DNA from: an uncultured Methanosarcinaceae archaeon
GTDB lineage: Archaea; Halobacteriota; Methanosarcinia; Methanosarcinales; Methanosarcinaceae
NCBI GenBank assembly: GCA_963721455.1
Contig: CAVRJG010000053.1
Location: forward strand, 32,001 to 96,000
DNA: 64,000 nt
Direction of reading: 5' to 3'
The position numbers were made by a program, and so were the translations under genes. The notes under the pieces were generated by a model, which did no database searches, was not told where the DNA came from, and was given only the letters and a program-made list of their open reading frames with translations. Positions 22,061 through 32,509 of this stretch are shown here, in pieces; the stretch's first letter is position 1, and every line of letters begins with the position of its first letter.

Positions 22061-22237
22061 ATGATAGAAGACATATCCTTTTTTGGATACTTTATTTTCG
22101 TTGTTTTTTTCGGGAGGGTAATACTTCAAATTGTGTTAGGTGTTATTCGGCTATGTTTGAAGAAAGACGGAAACCCCATCGAGAGTGAATACCACAGGTT
22201 GTATGAAGAAAGTATGGAATGGATGAGGAAATCATGA
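22061..22237 (+). CDS. small putative membrane protein (58 aa)
   Basis: GAGGAGGT SD; MIEDISFFGYFIFVVFFGRVILQIVLGVIRLCLKKDGNPIESEYHRLYEESMEWMRKS*. Confidence 0.55.
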   Translation: MIEDISFFGYFIFVVFFGRVILQIVLGVIRLCLKKDGNPIESEYHRLYEESMEWMRKS

Positions 22238-22373
22238 GCTCAAAACTTTCAAATAAACCGGGCAAAACGGGAGTACAAAAAAGAATATCTCTCTAAATTT
22301 TCCCTTTGATTCTTTTTTCTAAATTGTGATATGTTGCTCTCCTGTAATCACTGAAAATGTAAGGAGTTAAAAA

Positions 22374-22593
22374 ATGGTAGATAACAAGTTTTGAACATCC
22401 CAGGTATCCGGACCCTTATACCCTCAACTATCAAAGACTGAAAATGTTAGAAGGGATATTGCATGCAGTTGATGAAGGATTTGTAAATACTTCGGATTCT
22501 CATTTAACCGAAGTTATGATTGATCTCAAGACCCTGCTTGAAGACGTAGAAATTGAAATGATTAAGAGATACGTGGAGTTAGATAATGAGTGA
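22374..22593 (+). pseudogene. small hypothetical ORF (~72 aa) with an apparent +1 T insertion
   Basis: AAGGAG SD and ATG 22374; removing one T at ~22389-22392 joins it in frame to MLEGILHAV..RYVELDNE* (22444-22593), which overlaps the next start. Confidence 0.45.
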
Positions 22594-23038
22594 AAAACCG
22601 TCAAACAAACCATCACAATCGATTTTGTGGCCGGTTAATCACTGGCGGATTATCTTCATTCTCGAATCAGTTAACGAGGTGCTCCATCGAACTGTGATGG
22701 CGAGGGGAATACCCACAAATGTAGGCATCACGAATGCAGGAAAAAAGTGTATAGTGATTGTAGGGTATAAAGAGGTACAGGATCACAAAATAGAATTGCT
22801 TGCAGGTGATACGGTTTATACTTGTGTGGCCGATTCGAAGGGGAGATTATCATCTATAGGGCTTCAGAACGTGGGAAAGGATGTTACTGTTCTCTTGCAT
22901 TTGGAATTACACGAAGAGGATAAAAAGGGCACAGAGCAGGAAGAGAACTTGAAGAAGCTTAAGGATGATCTGGCTGAAAAACAAGAACAGCTAAACCGGC
23001 TGGCAAATCAGATTAAAAAATTAGAAGAGAGGGAATAA
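22586..23038 (+). CDS. hypothetical protein with two AbrB/DUF2080-like beta repeats and a C-terminal coiled coil
   Basis: Internal repeats NVGITNAGKKCIVIV and SIGLQNVGKDVTVLL; heptad-like tail LKKLKDDLAEKQEQLNRLANQIKKLEE. Confidence 0.55.
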   Translation: MSEKPSNKPSQSILWPVNHWRIIFILESVNEVLHRTVMARGIPTNVGITNAGKKCIVIVGYKEVQDHKIELLAGDTVYTCVADSKGRLSSIGLQNVGKDVTVLLHLELHEEDKKGTEQEENLKKLKDDLAEKQEQLNRLANQIKKLEERE

Positions 23039-24153
23039 TGATAATACCCAAAAACCATGATCGAAAGTAAGATATACCAATCTATCATTATTATATATGG
23101 TAATCTGGATGTATGGACTGGGGACAGTTCGAACAAGAATTGGCCAGATCATCCTCAACCTCTTGATTCTTTTTTTAATTATAGTGCTCGGGTTGGTTGT
23201 GGTTGAGTTGGTTCTTAAAAGTTTGGTAATTCTGAGCCCTTTTTGAAATTTCTCGGCTTTTCTTTTATTTGCTTATTTTTTCTCTTTGTGAATATTGAAT
23301 TATTTTCGGCAAAATATATTATGTTATATTCTCTGCGGTATTCACTACCAGGTTCGGTTATATATTTGAAGGAGAAGAAATGGAGCACTTCCATCCCGGA
23401 ACCTGCGCCAGAAGAATTTCGACTATTTTCCAGTTCTTTATTATTTTTATTTTAATACCTGCCTGAAGAGCATTTTATCTTCAGGGTCTGTCACTATTAT
23501 TCGTAATATATACGAAGGCTTTTATTTAAATTAAAATAATTATATTAAATATATAATTATTCATCCTCACCGGAGAATGGCTTGTATTTATTACTAATTA
23601 TTTTATTAAGGTTAGAGGCGGCCAAAATACAATAACATATTTATGGTGTATATATAATTTCGTAAGCAGATCAATGCTTTCGCTGTGATTTTTTTTGACA
23701 TATGTATATTTTAATGACAGAGCTTTATTTATTTAGACTTAATATTTATATAATATTAATTATCTAGCAAGTAATTATAAATACCCCCTCATTCATTTGC
23801 AGAATTAACCTAGCGGCTTGCAATCTTAATTATTAATTATACTAATTTCACTGTAATAGGATCTATACTGCTGAAGCAGGAGTTCTCCTGCACTTCTGGC
23901 AATTTATTATATAATGTCGGGCAAAGAAAACTAAATTTTCAGAGCCCGGAAGCAAATGTCTGTATACAGGAATCCTGTTTATTGCAATAAAGGACCTGTG
24001 GATTCAGGCGTTTCTAATAGGACATGTGTCCGGACCGATAGTGGTTTTTATAAAAACCGGGTGTCCGGACACAGTTTTTTGTCCGGGTAAAAACCCACAA
24101 TCCATGTCATGTAACGCTGCAATTCAGGTTGCTGCACTTTGATAGGTGATATA

Positions 24154-24528
24154 ATGTCTGGAATAATTGATAGCTACATACCAGTTGCAATCTTTCTTGT
24201 CATGGCACTTGTTATGCCTCCAATGACGATGTTTATGGTAAAGCAGCTGAGTCCGAGGAGCAAGGCAGCCAGCAAATACACGACATATGAATCGGGCTCA
24301 GTTCCCACAGGCACTGCAAGGATTCAGTTCAATGTTGAGTATTACCTCTATGCGATCGCTTTTGTGCTCTTTGATGTAGAGGTGCTTTTCCTTTACCCCT
24401 GGACTACAGTTTATAAGGGACACGGGATTACTTCAGTCGCAGTAGTTGAGATGTTTGCCTTTATTTTCATACTGCTCTTCGGATACATCTATCTCTGGAA
24501 GAAGGAGGCCCTTACATGGGTGAAGTGA
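24154..24528 (+). CDS. fpoA: F420H2 dehydrogenase subunit A
   Basis: YESGS.P...ARIQF..EYY.YAIAFVLFDVE (NuoA-like). Confidence 0.95.
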   Translation: MSGIIDSYIPVAIFLVMALVMPPMTMFMVKQLSPRSKAASKYTTYESGSVPTGTARIQFNVEYYLYAIAFVLFDVEVLFLYPWTTVYKGHGITSVAVVEMFAFIFILLFGYIYLWKKEALTWVK

Positions 24529-25070
24529 AGGAGAAAAAAACGAGTGAATCAGATGAAACGTCTGAAGAAACAATTCCCGGCGTGATCACGACAACCACCA
24601 GTGCAATCCATAACTTTCTTAAGAAAACTAAGGCTCAGGACCTTATCAACTGGGGAAGGAAAAACTCGCTCTGGTTCATGACCCAGCCTATGGGCTGCTG
24701 CGGAGTCGAGATGATTGCCACAGGCTGTGCCCATTATGATACTGACCGTTTCGGAATTATTCCAAGGAACTCCCCGAGACAGGCTGACGTCATGATCATC
24801 AGTGGTTATGTGACAAAGAAATACCTGCCAGCCTTAAAGAGGCTCTGGGAACAGATGCCTGCCCCGAAGTGGGTCATCGCGATGGGAGACTGCTCGATAA
24901 GCGGTGGGCCTTTTTACGAATCCTACAGCACTGTGCAGAACATCGATGAGATCTTCCCTATTGATGTGTTTATTCCAGGATGCCCGCCGAGACCCGAAGC
25001 CCTGCTCCAGGGATTTGTAGAACTTCAGGAAAAAATCACGGCCAAAAAAGACAGGGGCACGGAATACTGA
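24516..25070 (+). CDS. fpoB: F420H2 dehydrogenase subunit B
   Basis: GCCGVEM, SPRQADV, MGDC.ISGG, PGCPPRPE. Confidence 0.96.
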   Translation: MGEVKEKKTSESDETSEETIPGVITTTTSAIHNFLKKTKAQDLINWGRKNSLWFMTQPMGCCGVEMIATGCAHYDTDRFGIIPRNSPRQADVMIISGYVTKKYLPALKRLWEQMPAPKWVIAMGDCSISGGPFYESYSTVQNIDEIFPIDVFIPGCPPRPEALLQGFVELQEKITAKKDRGTEY

Positions 25071-25108
25071 GGTTTTTCTGCAGTTTCAGATTTATTCGAG
25101 GGAAAATT

Positions 25109-25585
25109 ATGGATGTCACAGAAATTATCAAGTCATTAACAGGTACGTTTCCTGAGGCAATTTCCGAAGCGATGGTAGAATCCGATATCCGCGCCAGGGC
25201 ATACGTGGACAAGGAGAAGGCAAAAGAAGTCTGCCAGTACCTGAAGGATTCCCTTCAATTCGACCACCTCTGCTCAGTCTGCGGGGTGGACTACATAAAA
25301 AGGAATGAGCTTGAAGTAGTCTATCATATCGCTTCTTACGACCATCCTGTGGTCCTGATGCTGAAAGCCGTGCTTCCGAGGGAAAATCCGGAAATCGAAT
25401 CCGTAGTATCCGTATACTGGAATGCCAACTGGTATGAAAGGGAAACTTACGAACTTTTCGGGATCATGTTTAAAAACCATCCGAACCTGAAGCCGCTTGT
25501 ACTTCCAGAAGATATGCTGGGGGAATGGCCTCTCAGGAAAGATTACAAGGGTTTTCCGAATACGACAGCCAGAAACCTGGTGTGA
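25109..25585 (+). CDS. fpoC: F420H2 dehydrogenase subunit C
   Basis: ANWYERETYELFGI.F..HP.L..L.LP...GEWPLRKD. Confidence 0.95.
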   Translation: MDVTEIIKSLTGTFPEAISEAMVESDIRARAYVDKEKAKEVCQYLKDSLQFDHLCSVCGVDYIKRNELEVVYHIASYDHPVVLMLKAVLPRENPEIESVVSVYWNANWYERETYELFGIMFKNHPNLKPLVLPEDMLGEWPLRKDYKGFPNTTARNLV

Positions 25586-25594
25586 GGGTGAAAA

Positions 25595-26719
25595 ATGGAA
25601 GAAAAGCTTGGATCAAATGAAATGATCATACACCTGGGCCCCCAGCATCCCATGCAGCCCGGACCCTTCAGGCTAAACCTGAGGTTAAAAGGGGAAACAG
25701 TAGTGGGTGCTGATATTGAACTGGGTTTCATTCATAAAGGTATTGAAAAGATCCTGGAGAACAAGACCTATCTTCAGGGAATCACAATCGTGGACAGGAT
25801 CTGCTACCTTGTAGCCCTTACAAACGAAGAGTGTTTTGTAGGCTGTGCCGAGAAACTGTTAGGCATCGAACCGCCTGAAAGGGCTCAGCATATCAGGGTT
25901 ATTCTTGAGGAACTCACAAGGATTCAGAGCCATCTGCTGGGTATAGGCGAATTCGGGGAATTCATTGGTTTCGTCTCCATGTTCATGTACACGATCAGGG
26001 AAAGAGAAGAGGTTCTCGGCCTGATCGATATGGTAACAGGGGCCAGAATTACTCACAGCTACCTGAAGTTCGGAGGAGTACGTGACGACCTTCCAGATGG
26101 GTTTAAAGAAAAAACCATCTCTGTCCTGAACAACCTCAAAAAATCAGTTAGCGATTTTGAAGAAATGTTTCATACTGACAGAATATACAGGGAACGCACT
26201 GTCGGAGTTGGCGTCCTGACTGCAGATGTTGCAAAGAGCCTCGGGGTTTCAGGGCCTGCCCTGCGTGCAACCGGTGTTCCTTTCGATATTCGGAAGAATG
26301 AACCTTACCTCGTTTACAAAGACCTGGATTTCAAGGTCTGCACTGAAACCGCAGGAGACTGTTTTGCAAGAGTTCAGGTCAGGCTTGATGAGATCCGGGA
26401 AAGTATCTACATCCTGGAACAGTGCCTTGACAGGATACCAAACGGTCCACTCTTTCCGGAAAATACCCCTTATAGCAGGAGAACGCCTGTAATGAGAGTT
26501 CCTGCCGGTGAGGTTTTCCACAGAGTAGAAGACCCCAGGGGAGAAATGGGGATGTACATGATATCCGACGGTTCGGACAAGCCGTACAGAGTAAAGGTAA
26601 GAGGGCCTTACTACCCCACCCTGCAAGCTCTGCCTCCACTCATCATAGGCACGACTGTTGCGGATGTCGCAGCAATCTCGGGCAGCATGGACGGCTGTAC
26701 CAGTGAAGCAGACAGGTGA
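25595..26719 (+). CDS. fpoD: F420H2 dehydrogenase subunit D
   Basis: GPQHP, GFIHKGIEK, EDPRGEMG, C-terminal SEADR. Confidence 0.96.
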   Translation: MEEKLGSNEMIIHLGPQHPMQPGPFRLNLRLKGETVVGADIELGFIHKGIEKILENKTYLQGITIVDRICYLVALTNEECFVGCAEKLLGIEPPERAQHIRVILEELTRIQSHLLGIGEFGEFIGFVSMFMYTIREREEVLGLIDMVTGARITHSYLKFGGVRDDLPDGFKEKTISVLNNLKKSVSDFEEMFHTDRIYRERTVGVGVLTADVAKSLGVSGPALRATGVPFDIRKNEPYLVYKDLDFKVCTETAGDCFARVQVRLDEIRESIYILEQCLDRIPNGPLFPENTPYSRRTPVMRVPAGEVFHRVEDPRGEMGMYMISDGSDKPYRVKVRGPYYPTLQALPPLIIGTTVADVAAISGSMDGCTSEADR

Positions 26720-26724
26720 TTATA

Positions 26725-27765
26725 ATGGCCATAAATATTCCTGAATTTATAGTTCCTTTCCTTCCCTGGATACGGGGAATAGTCGGCCTTTCGCTGGTGG
26801 GAGTTATTTTCCTCGGAGCAATGGGAGCTGTCTGGCTGGAGCGAAAGCTTTCCGCAGATATCCAGTCCAGGATGGGGCCCTGCCGTGTAGGAAAATACGG
26901 CCTCCTGCAGCTTGTAGCCGATGCAATCAAGCTTTTTACGAAAGAAGACCTGAAACCATCGAATGCTGACAGTTTACTTTTCAATAACGCCCCTATCTTC
27001 ATGATGGGTTCTATTTTCCTTATGCTGGTTGCAATTCCTGTGGGTGCTGTTTTCATTAATGGTGTCGAATACCCGCTCGCGGTCACCGAGATGGATATCA
27101 GTGTACTCTACATTGAAGCGATGTCTGCAATCACTATCTTCGGAATTTTCATGGTGGCTTACGGCTCAAACAATAAGTACTCTCTTCTCGGAGCTTTTCG
27201 TAACTTCGCCCGAATGGTCGGGTATGAAGTACCTCTCGGGATAACCGTTGTAAGTGTAGCTGTTATGACAGGTTCCCTTAACATAGTAGAAATTTCACAG
27301 GCTCAGGGAATGCTGTGGAATATTTTTCTGCAGCCTTTAGGATGTTTCGTATTCTTTGTAGCACTTATGGCTGATATGGGAAGACTTCCCTTTGACCAGA
27401 ACGAGTCGGAAGAAGAACTGATAGCAGGCTGGATTACCGAATACTGTGGAATGCGTTTCGGGTTAGCATTCTTTGCCGAGTATATCCATATGATTCTGGG
27501 CTCCTTCCTTGTGGCACTTCTCTTCCTCGGCGGCTGGAACGTACCAACCTTTGTTGCAAACAATCCTGTTCTTGGCCTTATTGCCCCAACAGGTTTCTTG
27601 ATTGTGAAAGTCGTCTTCGTGCTTATGGTAATTATAGGGCTCAGATGGGCTGTTCCGAGGTTCAGGATTGATCAGGTTGTTGACCTGAGCTGGAAGAAAC
27701 TGTTTCCCCTGTCCCTTTTAAACCTTGTCTGGGCAGTGGGGCTCGGACTTTACCTGGGAGCGTGA
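26725..27765 (+). CDS. fpoH: F420H2 dehydrogenase subunit H
   Basis: ERKLSADIQ.R.GP, ADAIKLFTKE, RLPFD..ESEEEL. Confidence 0.96.
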   Translation: MAINIPEFIVPFLPWIRGIVGLSLVGVIFLGAMGAVWLERKLSADIQSRMGPCRVGKYGLLQLVADAIKLFTKEDLKPSNADSLLFNNAPIFMMGSIFLMLVAIPVGAVFINGVEYPLAVTEMDISVLYIEAMSAITIFGIFMVAYGSNNKYSLLGAFRNFARMVGYEVPLGITVVSVAVMTGSLNIVEISQAQGMLWNIFLQPLGCFVFFVALMADMGRLPFDQNESEEELIAGWITEYCGMRFGLAFFAEYIHMILGSFLVALLFLGGWNVPTFVANNPVLGLIAPTGFLIVKVVFVLMVIIGLRWAVPRFRIDQVVDLSWKKLFPLSLLNLVWAVGLGLYLGA

Positions 27766-27769
27766 GATC

Positions 27770-28180
27770 ATGGTTCTTAAAAACATTAAGTACGCACTTA
27801 AAAAAATCCCCCAGCCTCCCGTAACCAGGATGTACCCGGAAAAAGCCACCGAGCTTTCCGACAGGTTCAGGGGACTTCAGATACTTGATAAAAGTAAATG
27901 CATAGGCTGTGGCATTTGCGCCAACACCTGCCCGAACAATGCAATAAGGATTGTTAAAGCTCCGATTACACCAGGCAGCGATAAAAAACGCTGGTTCCCT
28001 GAGATTGATATCGGGCACTGCCTGTTCTGCGGACTCTGTATCGACCAGTGCCCTAAAGGCGCGCTTAGCAGCGGGAAGGAATACACTACAGGTGTAATAA
28101 AATGGAAGCACAAGGATCTTCTCATGAACCCTGATAAACTCGCCAGAGAAGTCGATCTTGAGGAAGGTGACGAGAAATGA
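27770..28180 (+). CDS. fpoI: F420H2 dehydrogenase subunit I
   Basis: Two ferredoxin motifs, CIGCGICANTCP and CLFCGLCIDQCP. Confidence 0.95.
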   Translation: MVLKNIKYALKKIPQPPVTRMYPEKATELSDRFRGLQILDKSKCIGCGICANTCPNNAIRIVKAPITPGSDKKRWFPEIDIGHCLFCGLCIDQCPKGALSSGKEYTTGVIKWKHKDLLMNPDKLAREVDLEEGDEK

Positions 28181-28467
28181 TAGGACTCGAAACGATTGGA
28201 GCAGCTGTGGAAATGGCTGTATTCGGGTTTCTTGCTGTTATCACAGTATTCTTCGCGATTTTTGTTGTAATCGCAAAGGATGTTGTAAGAGCCGGGCTTG
28301 CCCTGATCATGTGCATGTTCGGAGTTGCAGCTCTCTACGTCCTCTTGAATGCCCAGTTTCTGGGAGTCATTCAGGTGCTGGTTTATATCGGAGCAATCGG
28401 AGTGCTGATTCTGTTTGCGGTTATGCTGACAAAGCGCGAGATCGGAGGTGAAGCCGGTGAGGATTAA
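28177..28467 (+). CDS. fpoJ: F420H2 dehydrogenase subunit J, N-terminal part (J1)
   Basis: NAQFLGVIQVLVYIGAIGVLILFAVML (NuoJ N-half). Confidence 0.92.
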   Translation: MIGLETIGAAVEMAVFGFLAVITVFFAIFVVIAKDVVRAGLALIMCMFGVAALYVLLNAQFLGVIQVLVYIGAIGVLILFAVMLTKREIGGEAGED

Positions 28468-28708
28468 TCGGCCTCTAGCCTTTCTCGTAGCCCTGCTCTT
28501 TACAGCTGTTGTGGTGTTAGGGGTTTTTGGGACTTCCTGGAATACGGTTTCGGAACTTCCCCAGAATCCGGCTGACCAGAGTAATATAGAGGGCATAGGA
28601 ATGCTGATCTTTACCCACTATGTGGCACCTTTCGAGGTCCTGTCAATTGTCCTGCTCGCATCCCTTATAGGGGCAATCTATATGGCAAAAGGGGAGGGCA
28701 ACAGATGA
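28457..28708 (+). CDS. fpoJ: F420H2 dehydrogenase subunit J, C-terminal part (J2)
   Basis: [24 protein letters not shown] (NuoJ C-half). Confidence 0.9.
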   Translation: MRINRPLAFLVALLFTAVVVLGVFGTSWNTVSELPQNPADQSNIEGIGMLIFTHYVAPFEVLSIVLLASLIGAIYMAKGEGNR

Positions 28709-29007
28709 TTCCTTTAAGCTTTTACCTGGGTCTTGCAGCCCTGCTCTTCTCAATCGGACTTTATGGTGTAATGACACATAAAAACGGTATCAGGATGATT
28801 ATGTGCATCGAGCTTATGCTCAACTCCGCAAACCTGAACCTTGTAGCTTTCTCAAGTTACACGGATACCCTGAACGGACAGGTCTTTGCTATGTTCTCAA
28901 TCGCCCTTGCAGCTGCTGAAGCAGCAGTCGGGTTTGCGATTTTCATGGCAATCTACAGAATGCACGATAAGATCAACCTTGATGAACTTAACATCCTGAG
29001 GTGGTAA
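28705..29007 (+). CDS. fpoK: F420H2 dehydrogenase subunit K
   Basis: [15 protein letters not shown]...[11 protein letters not shown]. Confidence 0.96.
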   Translation: MIPLSFYLGLAALLFSIGLYGVMTHKNGIRMIMCIELMLNSANLNLVAFSSYTDTLNGQVFAMFSIALAAAEAAVGFAIFMAIYRMHDKINLDELNILRW

Positions 29008-31019
29008 AAACGGCTCTGGAAGACTTTGCATTTTTAATCCCCCTGCTTCCGGCACTGGCTTTTGTGATCACCTTCTTCTTCGGAAGGAAAATGTCATCCG
29101 GCGGGGCAATAGTCCCTATACTGGCAATTGCAGCCTCCTTCGTAATCTCTTTCATGATTACCCTCGGGCTGCTGGCAAATCCCGGAGAAGTCGTAAGCCA
29201 GTCATATTCCTGGTTCGCAGTGCTCAATATCGGAGTGTTAATTGATCCTCTGGCTGCAGTAATGCTGTCAATGGTCTCCTTCGTGAGCCTGCTGATCCAT
29301 ATCTACGCAGTTAGCTATATGTCCCATGACTCCGGGAAGCCCAGGTATTTTGCAGAAACCGCACTCTTTACAGCGGCAATGCTTTCCCTGATCCTCTCGG
29401 ACAACATTCTACAGCTCTTTGTTTCCTGGGAACTTGTAGGGCTGTGTTCCTATCTCCTGATCGGCTTCTGGTTCGAAAAACCCTCAGCCGCAGCTGCTGC
29501 CAAGAAAGCTTTCCTGACAACCAGGATTGGAGACGTGATGTTCCTTACAGGAATAATCGTGCTGACTTCCGATCTCCTGAAGCTTGCAGGCGGATTCCAG
29601 GACGGAACATACCTGCTCCGGTTTGATGAAATCTTCAGCTACATCCCGCAGCTTTCAGCTTTGCAGGCAAATATTTTCGGCTTTGAAATTAGCCACCTTA
29701 CCATTATCACCCTGCTCTTCTTCGGGGGAGCGATAGGAAAGTCCGGGCAGTTCCCGCTGCACGTGTGGCTGCCTGATGCAATGGAAGGCCCGACAACCGT
29801 CTCAGCTCTTATCCACGCAGCAACAATGGTTACTGCTGGTGTTTACCTGGTCGCAAGAACTTTCCCGATGTTTATTGCAGCCCCTCACTCCCTGATGGTC
29901 GTTGCTTACGTCGGAGGCTTTACCGCTCTCTTTGCAGGCACTATGGGCATTGTGATGAATGACCTCAAGCGTGTGCTTGCTTTCTCAACCATCAGCCAGC
30001 TTGGATACATGATGCTCGGCCTGGGTCTCGGTTCGGCAATAGGGATGGAAGCAGTCGGTGTATCCCTTTTCCACCTGATTAACCATGCTTTCTTCAAGGC
30101 TCTTCTTTTCCTCTGTGCAGGCAGTGTAATCCACGCAGTCGGCACTCAGGACATGAGGGAACTCGGAGGCGTAGGAAAGGTAATGCCAATTACTGCTGCC
30201 ACGATGACGATTGCAGCCCTGGCACTGGCAGGTTTCGGCATCCCCGGAACTTCGATAGGGACAAGCGGTTTCTTCTCAAAGGATGCAATTATTGAAGCTG
30301 CATACCTTTTCGGAGAACACAGCAACAACTGGATCCCCTACATGTTCTCAATTGCTGCCGCCTTCCTTACGTCCATTTACATCTTCAGGCTGATCTTCAT
30401 GACCTTTACAGGGAAGCCGAGAAGCAACTATCACGGGCATGAGTCCCCTGCCATTATGACCATTCCCCTCTCAATTCTGGCACTCTTTGCGCTCGTGTTC
30501 GGTGGGCTGACACAGACAGGATTTATGGATTTCCTTAAAGAGACCTTTGCCAACAGTTTCGTGAACCTTGATATAGGAAACCTTGCAGGCATAGGCAGAA
30601 ACGAGCTTGTAGAGGCAGCAGGACACGAGCCCCTTTTTATCCTGTGGCTTCCGTTAATAACCGCCGTTGCAGGTCTTGCAATTGCTTTTGTGATCTATTA
30701 TCTGAGGATAGTGAAACTCGGTCCGCTTGCTTCCATGAAGAACCCTATTTACAGGCTGCTCTACAAGCGTTACTATCAGCACGAAATCTATACCGAATTT
30801 TTCTCCCTCGGAATAGTGTACGGAGTTATTGCTTTCCTCGCGCAGTTCGTTGATGTGATCATTGACAGCATTGTGGAAGCAATCGCAATTATCACAGTTG
30901 GTGCAGGTGAAGAACTCCGGAGGATTCAAACCGGGGTTATCCAGACCTATGCAACTGCAGTAATTGCGGGTGTGAGCCTGCTGATAATACTTGTTAAGTT
31001 GATAATGGAGGTACTCTGA
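29001..31019 (+). CDS. fpoL: F420H2 dehydrogenase subunit L
   Basis: [45 protein letters not shown]. Confidence 0.96.
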   Translation: MVKTALEDFAFLIPLLPALAFVITFFFGRKMSSGGAIVPILAIAASFVISFMITLGLLANPGEVVSQSYSWFAVLNIGVLIDPLAAVMLSMVSFVSLLIHIYAVSYMSHDSGKPRYFAETALFTAAMLSLILSDNILQLFVSWELVGLCSYLLIGFWFEKPSAAAAAKKAFLTTRIGDVMFLTGIIVLTSDLLKLAGGFQDGTYLLRFDEIFSYIPQLSALQANIFGFEISHLTIITLLFFGGAIGKSGQFPLHVWLPDAMEGPTTVSALIHAATMVTAGVYLVARTFPMFIAAPHSLMVVAYVGGFTALFAGTMGIVMNDLKRVLAFSTISQLGYMMLGLGLGSAIGMEAVGVSLFHLINHAFFKALLFLCAGSVIHAVGTQDMRELGGVGKVMPITAATMTIAALALAGFGIPGTSIGTSGFFSKDAIIEAAYLFGEHSNNWIPYMFSIAAAFLTSIYIFRLIFMTFTGKPRSNYHGHESPAIMTIPLSILALFALVFGGLTQTGFMDFLKETFANSFVNLDIGNLAGIGRNELVEAAGHEPLFILWLPLITAVAGLAIAFVIYYLRIVKLGPLASMKNPIYRLLYKRYYQHEIYTEFFSLGIVYGVIAFLAQFVDVIIDSIVEAIAIITVGAGEELRRIQTGVIQTYATAVIAGVSLLIILVKLIMEVL

Positions 31020-32506
31020 TGCTGCCGGTCGCATCCTTGTTGATTCTGGTGCCGCTGATTTTCGCAGCAGTGACCTTTTTCACAAAAACGAAAGAACAGG
31101 CTGCAGGCCTGGGCTTTTTAGGGTCCCTCGTGACTCTGGGCCTTACCGTTTATGCCTACCTGAACTTTGACAGCAGTACTGCTGCAATGCAGTTCTTTGA
31201 ATCTGCAAAGTGGATTCCCTCTCTCGGGGCCAACTATACGGTTGGGATTGACGGCATTTCCATGCCCCTTATCCTGCTGAATGCAATAGTTATCCCGTTG
31301 CTGATCCTTTACAGCTGGAAGGAAGACAGGGAAGCTCCGAACAGGTTCTACGGGCTGATCCTTACCATGCAGGCTGCAGTTATAGGAGTCTTTGTAGCCC
31401 TTGATTTCCTGGTCTTCTATATCTTCTGGGAACTTACCCTGGTTCCTCTGTTCTTCATGGTAAATATCTGGGGAGGAGAAAAGCGGGCTCATGCGTCCTA
31501 CAAGTTCTTTATCTACACGCATGTTGCCTCTCTGGTAATGCTTCTGGGGATTTTCGGGCTTTTCTATGCCTCCTGGCAGCAGACAGGCGTTCCCACCTTC
31601 GATATAAGACAGCTTGTCGCACAGTTCCAGTTCATCGGATCCGGCCTGGTAAGGGACGCAATTTTCCTTTCGATTATTTTCGGGTTCCTGGCAAAGCTGC
31701 CGACCTTCCCCTTCCATTCCTGGCTGCCGGATGCTTATACCGAAGCCCCTACAGCAGGCAGTGTACTCTTCATCCTGCTCAAAATCGGAGGGTACGGACT
31801 TTTCAGGATCTCACTTCCCATGCTCCCGAACACTGGCAGCCCTGATCTGATGATCATGATGCTGGGCCTGCTCGGGTCCTTCAGTATAGTTTACGGGGCT
31901 CTTCTGGCTCTGAGACAGAAAGACCTCAAGCGTATGATTGCTTACTCCAGTTTGAGCCACATGGGCTATGTAGTCCTGGGTTCAGCCGGTTTCGTTGCCC
32001 TTTCTGTTTCAGGCGCTATGTTCCAGCAGTTTTCCCACGGGCTTATCATGAGCATTCTGTTCATGTCCGCGGGAGCCATCCAGACAAACACGGGAACAAG
32101 GATAATCAACAACCTCGGTGGGCTTGCAAAGAAGATGCCGAAGCTGGCTGTTGTTATGATGGTCGGGTTTATGGCATCCCTTGGCCTGCCCGGATTGACT
32201 GGCTTTATTGCCGAATTCCTGGTACTGACCTTCAGCTACGCGAACCTGCCAGGCTTTGTCCTGCTTGCCCTGCTGTCAATAGTGATTACCGCAGGTTATC
32301 ACCTCTGGGCAATGCAGAGGGCAATGTTCGGAGTTTATAACGAGAAGCTTGGGGATGTCAGGGACATCAATTCCCTTCAGGTCTTTTCGATGGCAGCGAT
32401 TGCCCTTCTTGTGCTTTATTTCGGCCTGAACCCGAGTCCGGTGCTTAATATGATGATTACGAATTCGGAAGCAATAGTAAGCCTCGCGGCTGTCCTGGGG
32501 GTGTAA
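31019..32506 (+). CDS. fpoM: F420H2 dehydrogenase subunit M
   Basis: FYIFWE, KLPTFPFHSWLPDAYTEAP, DLKRMIAYSS. Confidence 0.96.
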   Translation: MLPVASLLILVPLIFAAVTFFTKTKEQAAGLGFLGSLVTLGLTVYAYLNFDSSTAAMQFFESAKWIPSLGANYTVGIDGISMPLILLNAIVIPLLILYSWKEDREAPNRFYGLILTMQAAVIGVFVALDFLVFYIFWELTLVPLFFMVNIWGGEKRAHASYKFFIYTHVASLVMLLGIFGLFYASWQQTGVPTFDIRQLVAQFQFIGSGLVRDAIFLSIIFGFLAKLPTFPFHSWLPDAYTEAPTAGSVLFILLKIGGYGLFRISLPMLPNTGSPDLMIMMLGLLGSFSIVYGALLALRQKDLKRMIAYSSLSHMGYVVLGSAGFVALSVSGAMFQQFSHGLIMSILFMSAGAIQTNTGTRIINNLGGLAKKMPKLAVVMMVGFMASLGLPGLTGFIAEFLVLTFSYANLPGFVLLALLSIVITAGYHLWAMQRAMFGVYNEKLGDVRDINSLQVFSMAAIALLVLYFGLNPSPVLNMMITNSEAIVSLAAVLGV

Positions 32507-32509
32507 GAA

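Noticed and set aside
28177-28708. Split fpoJ as a frameshift
   Set aside because: The two parts have their own SD and start codon, and a J1/J2 split is known in Methanosarcina.
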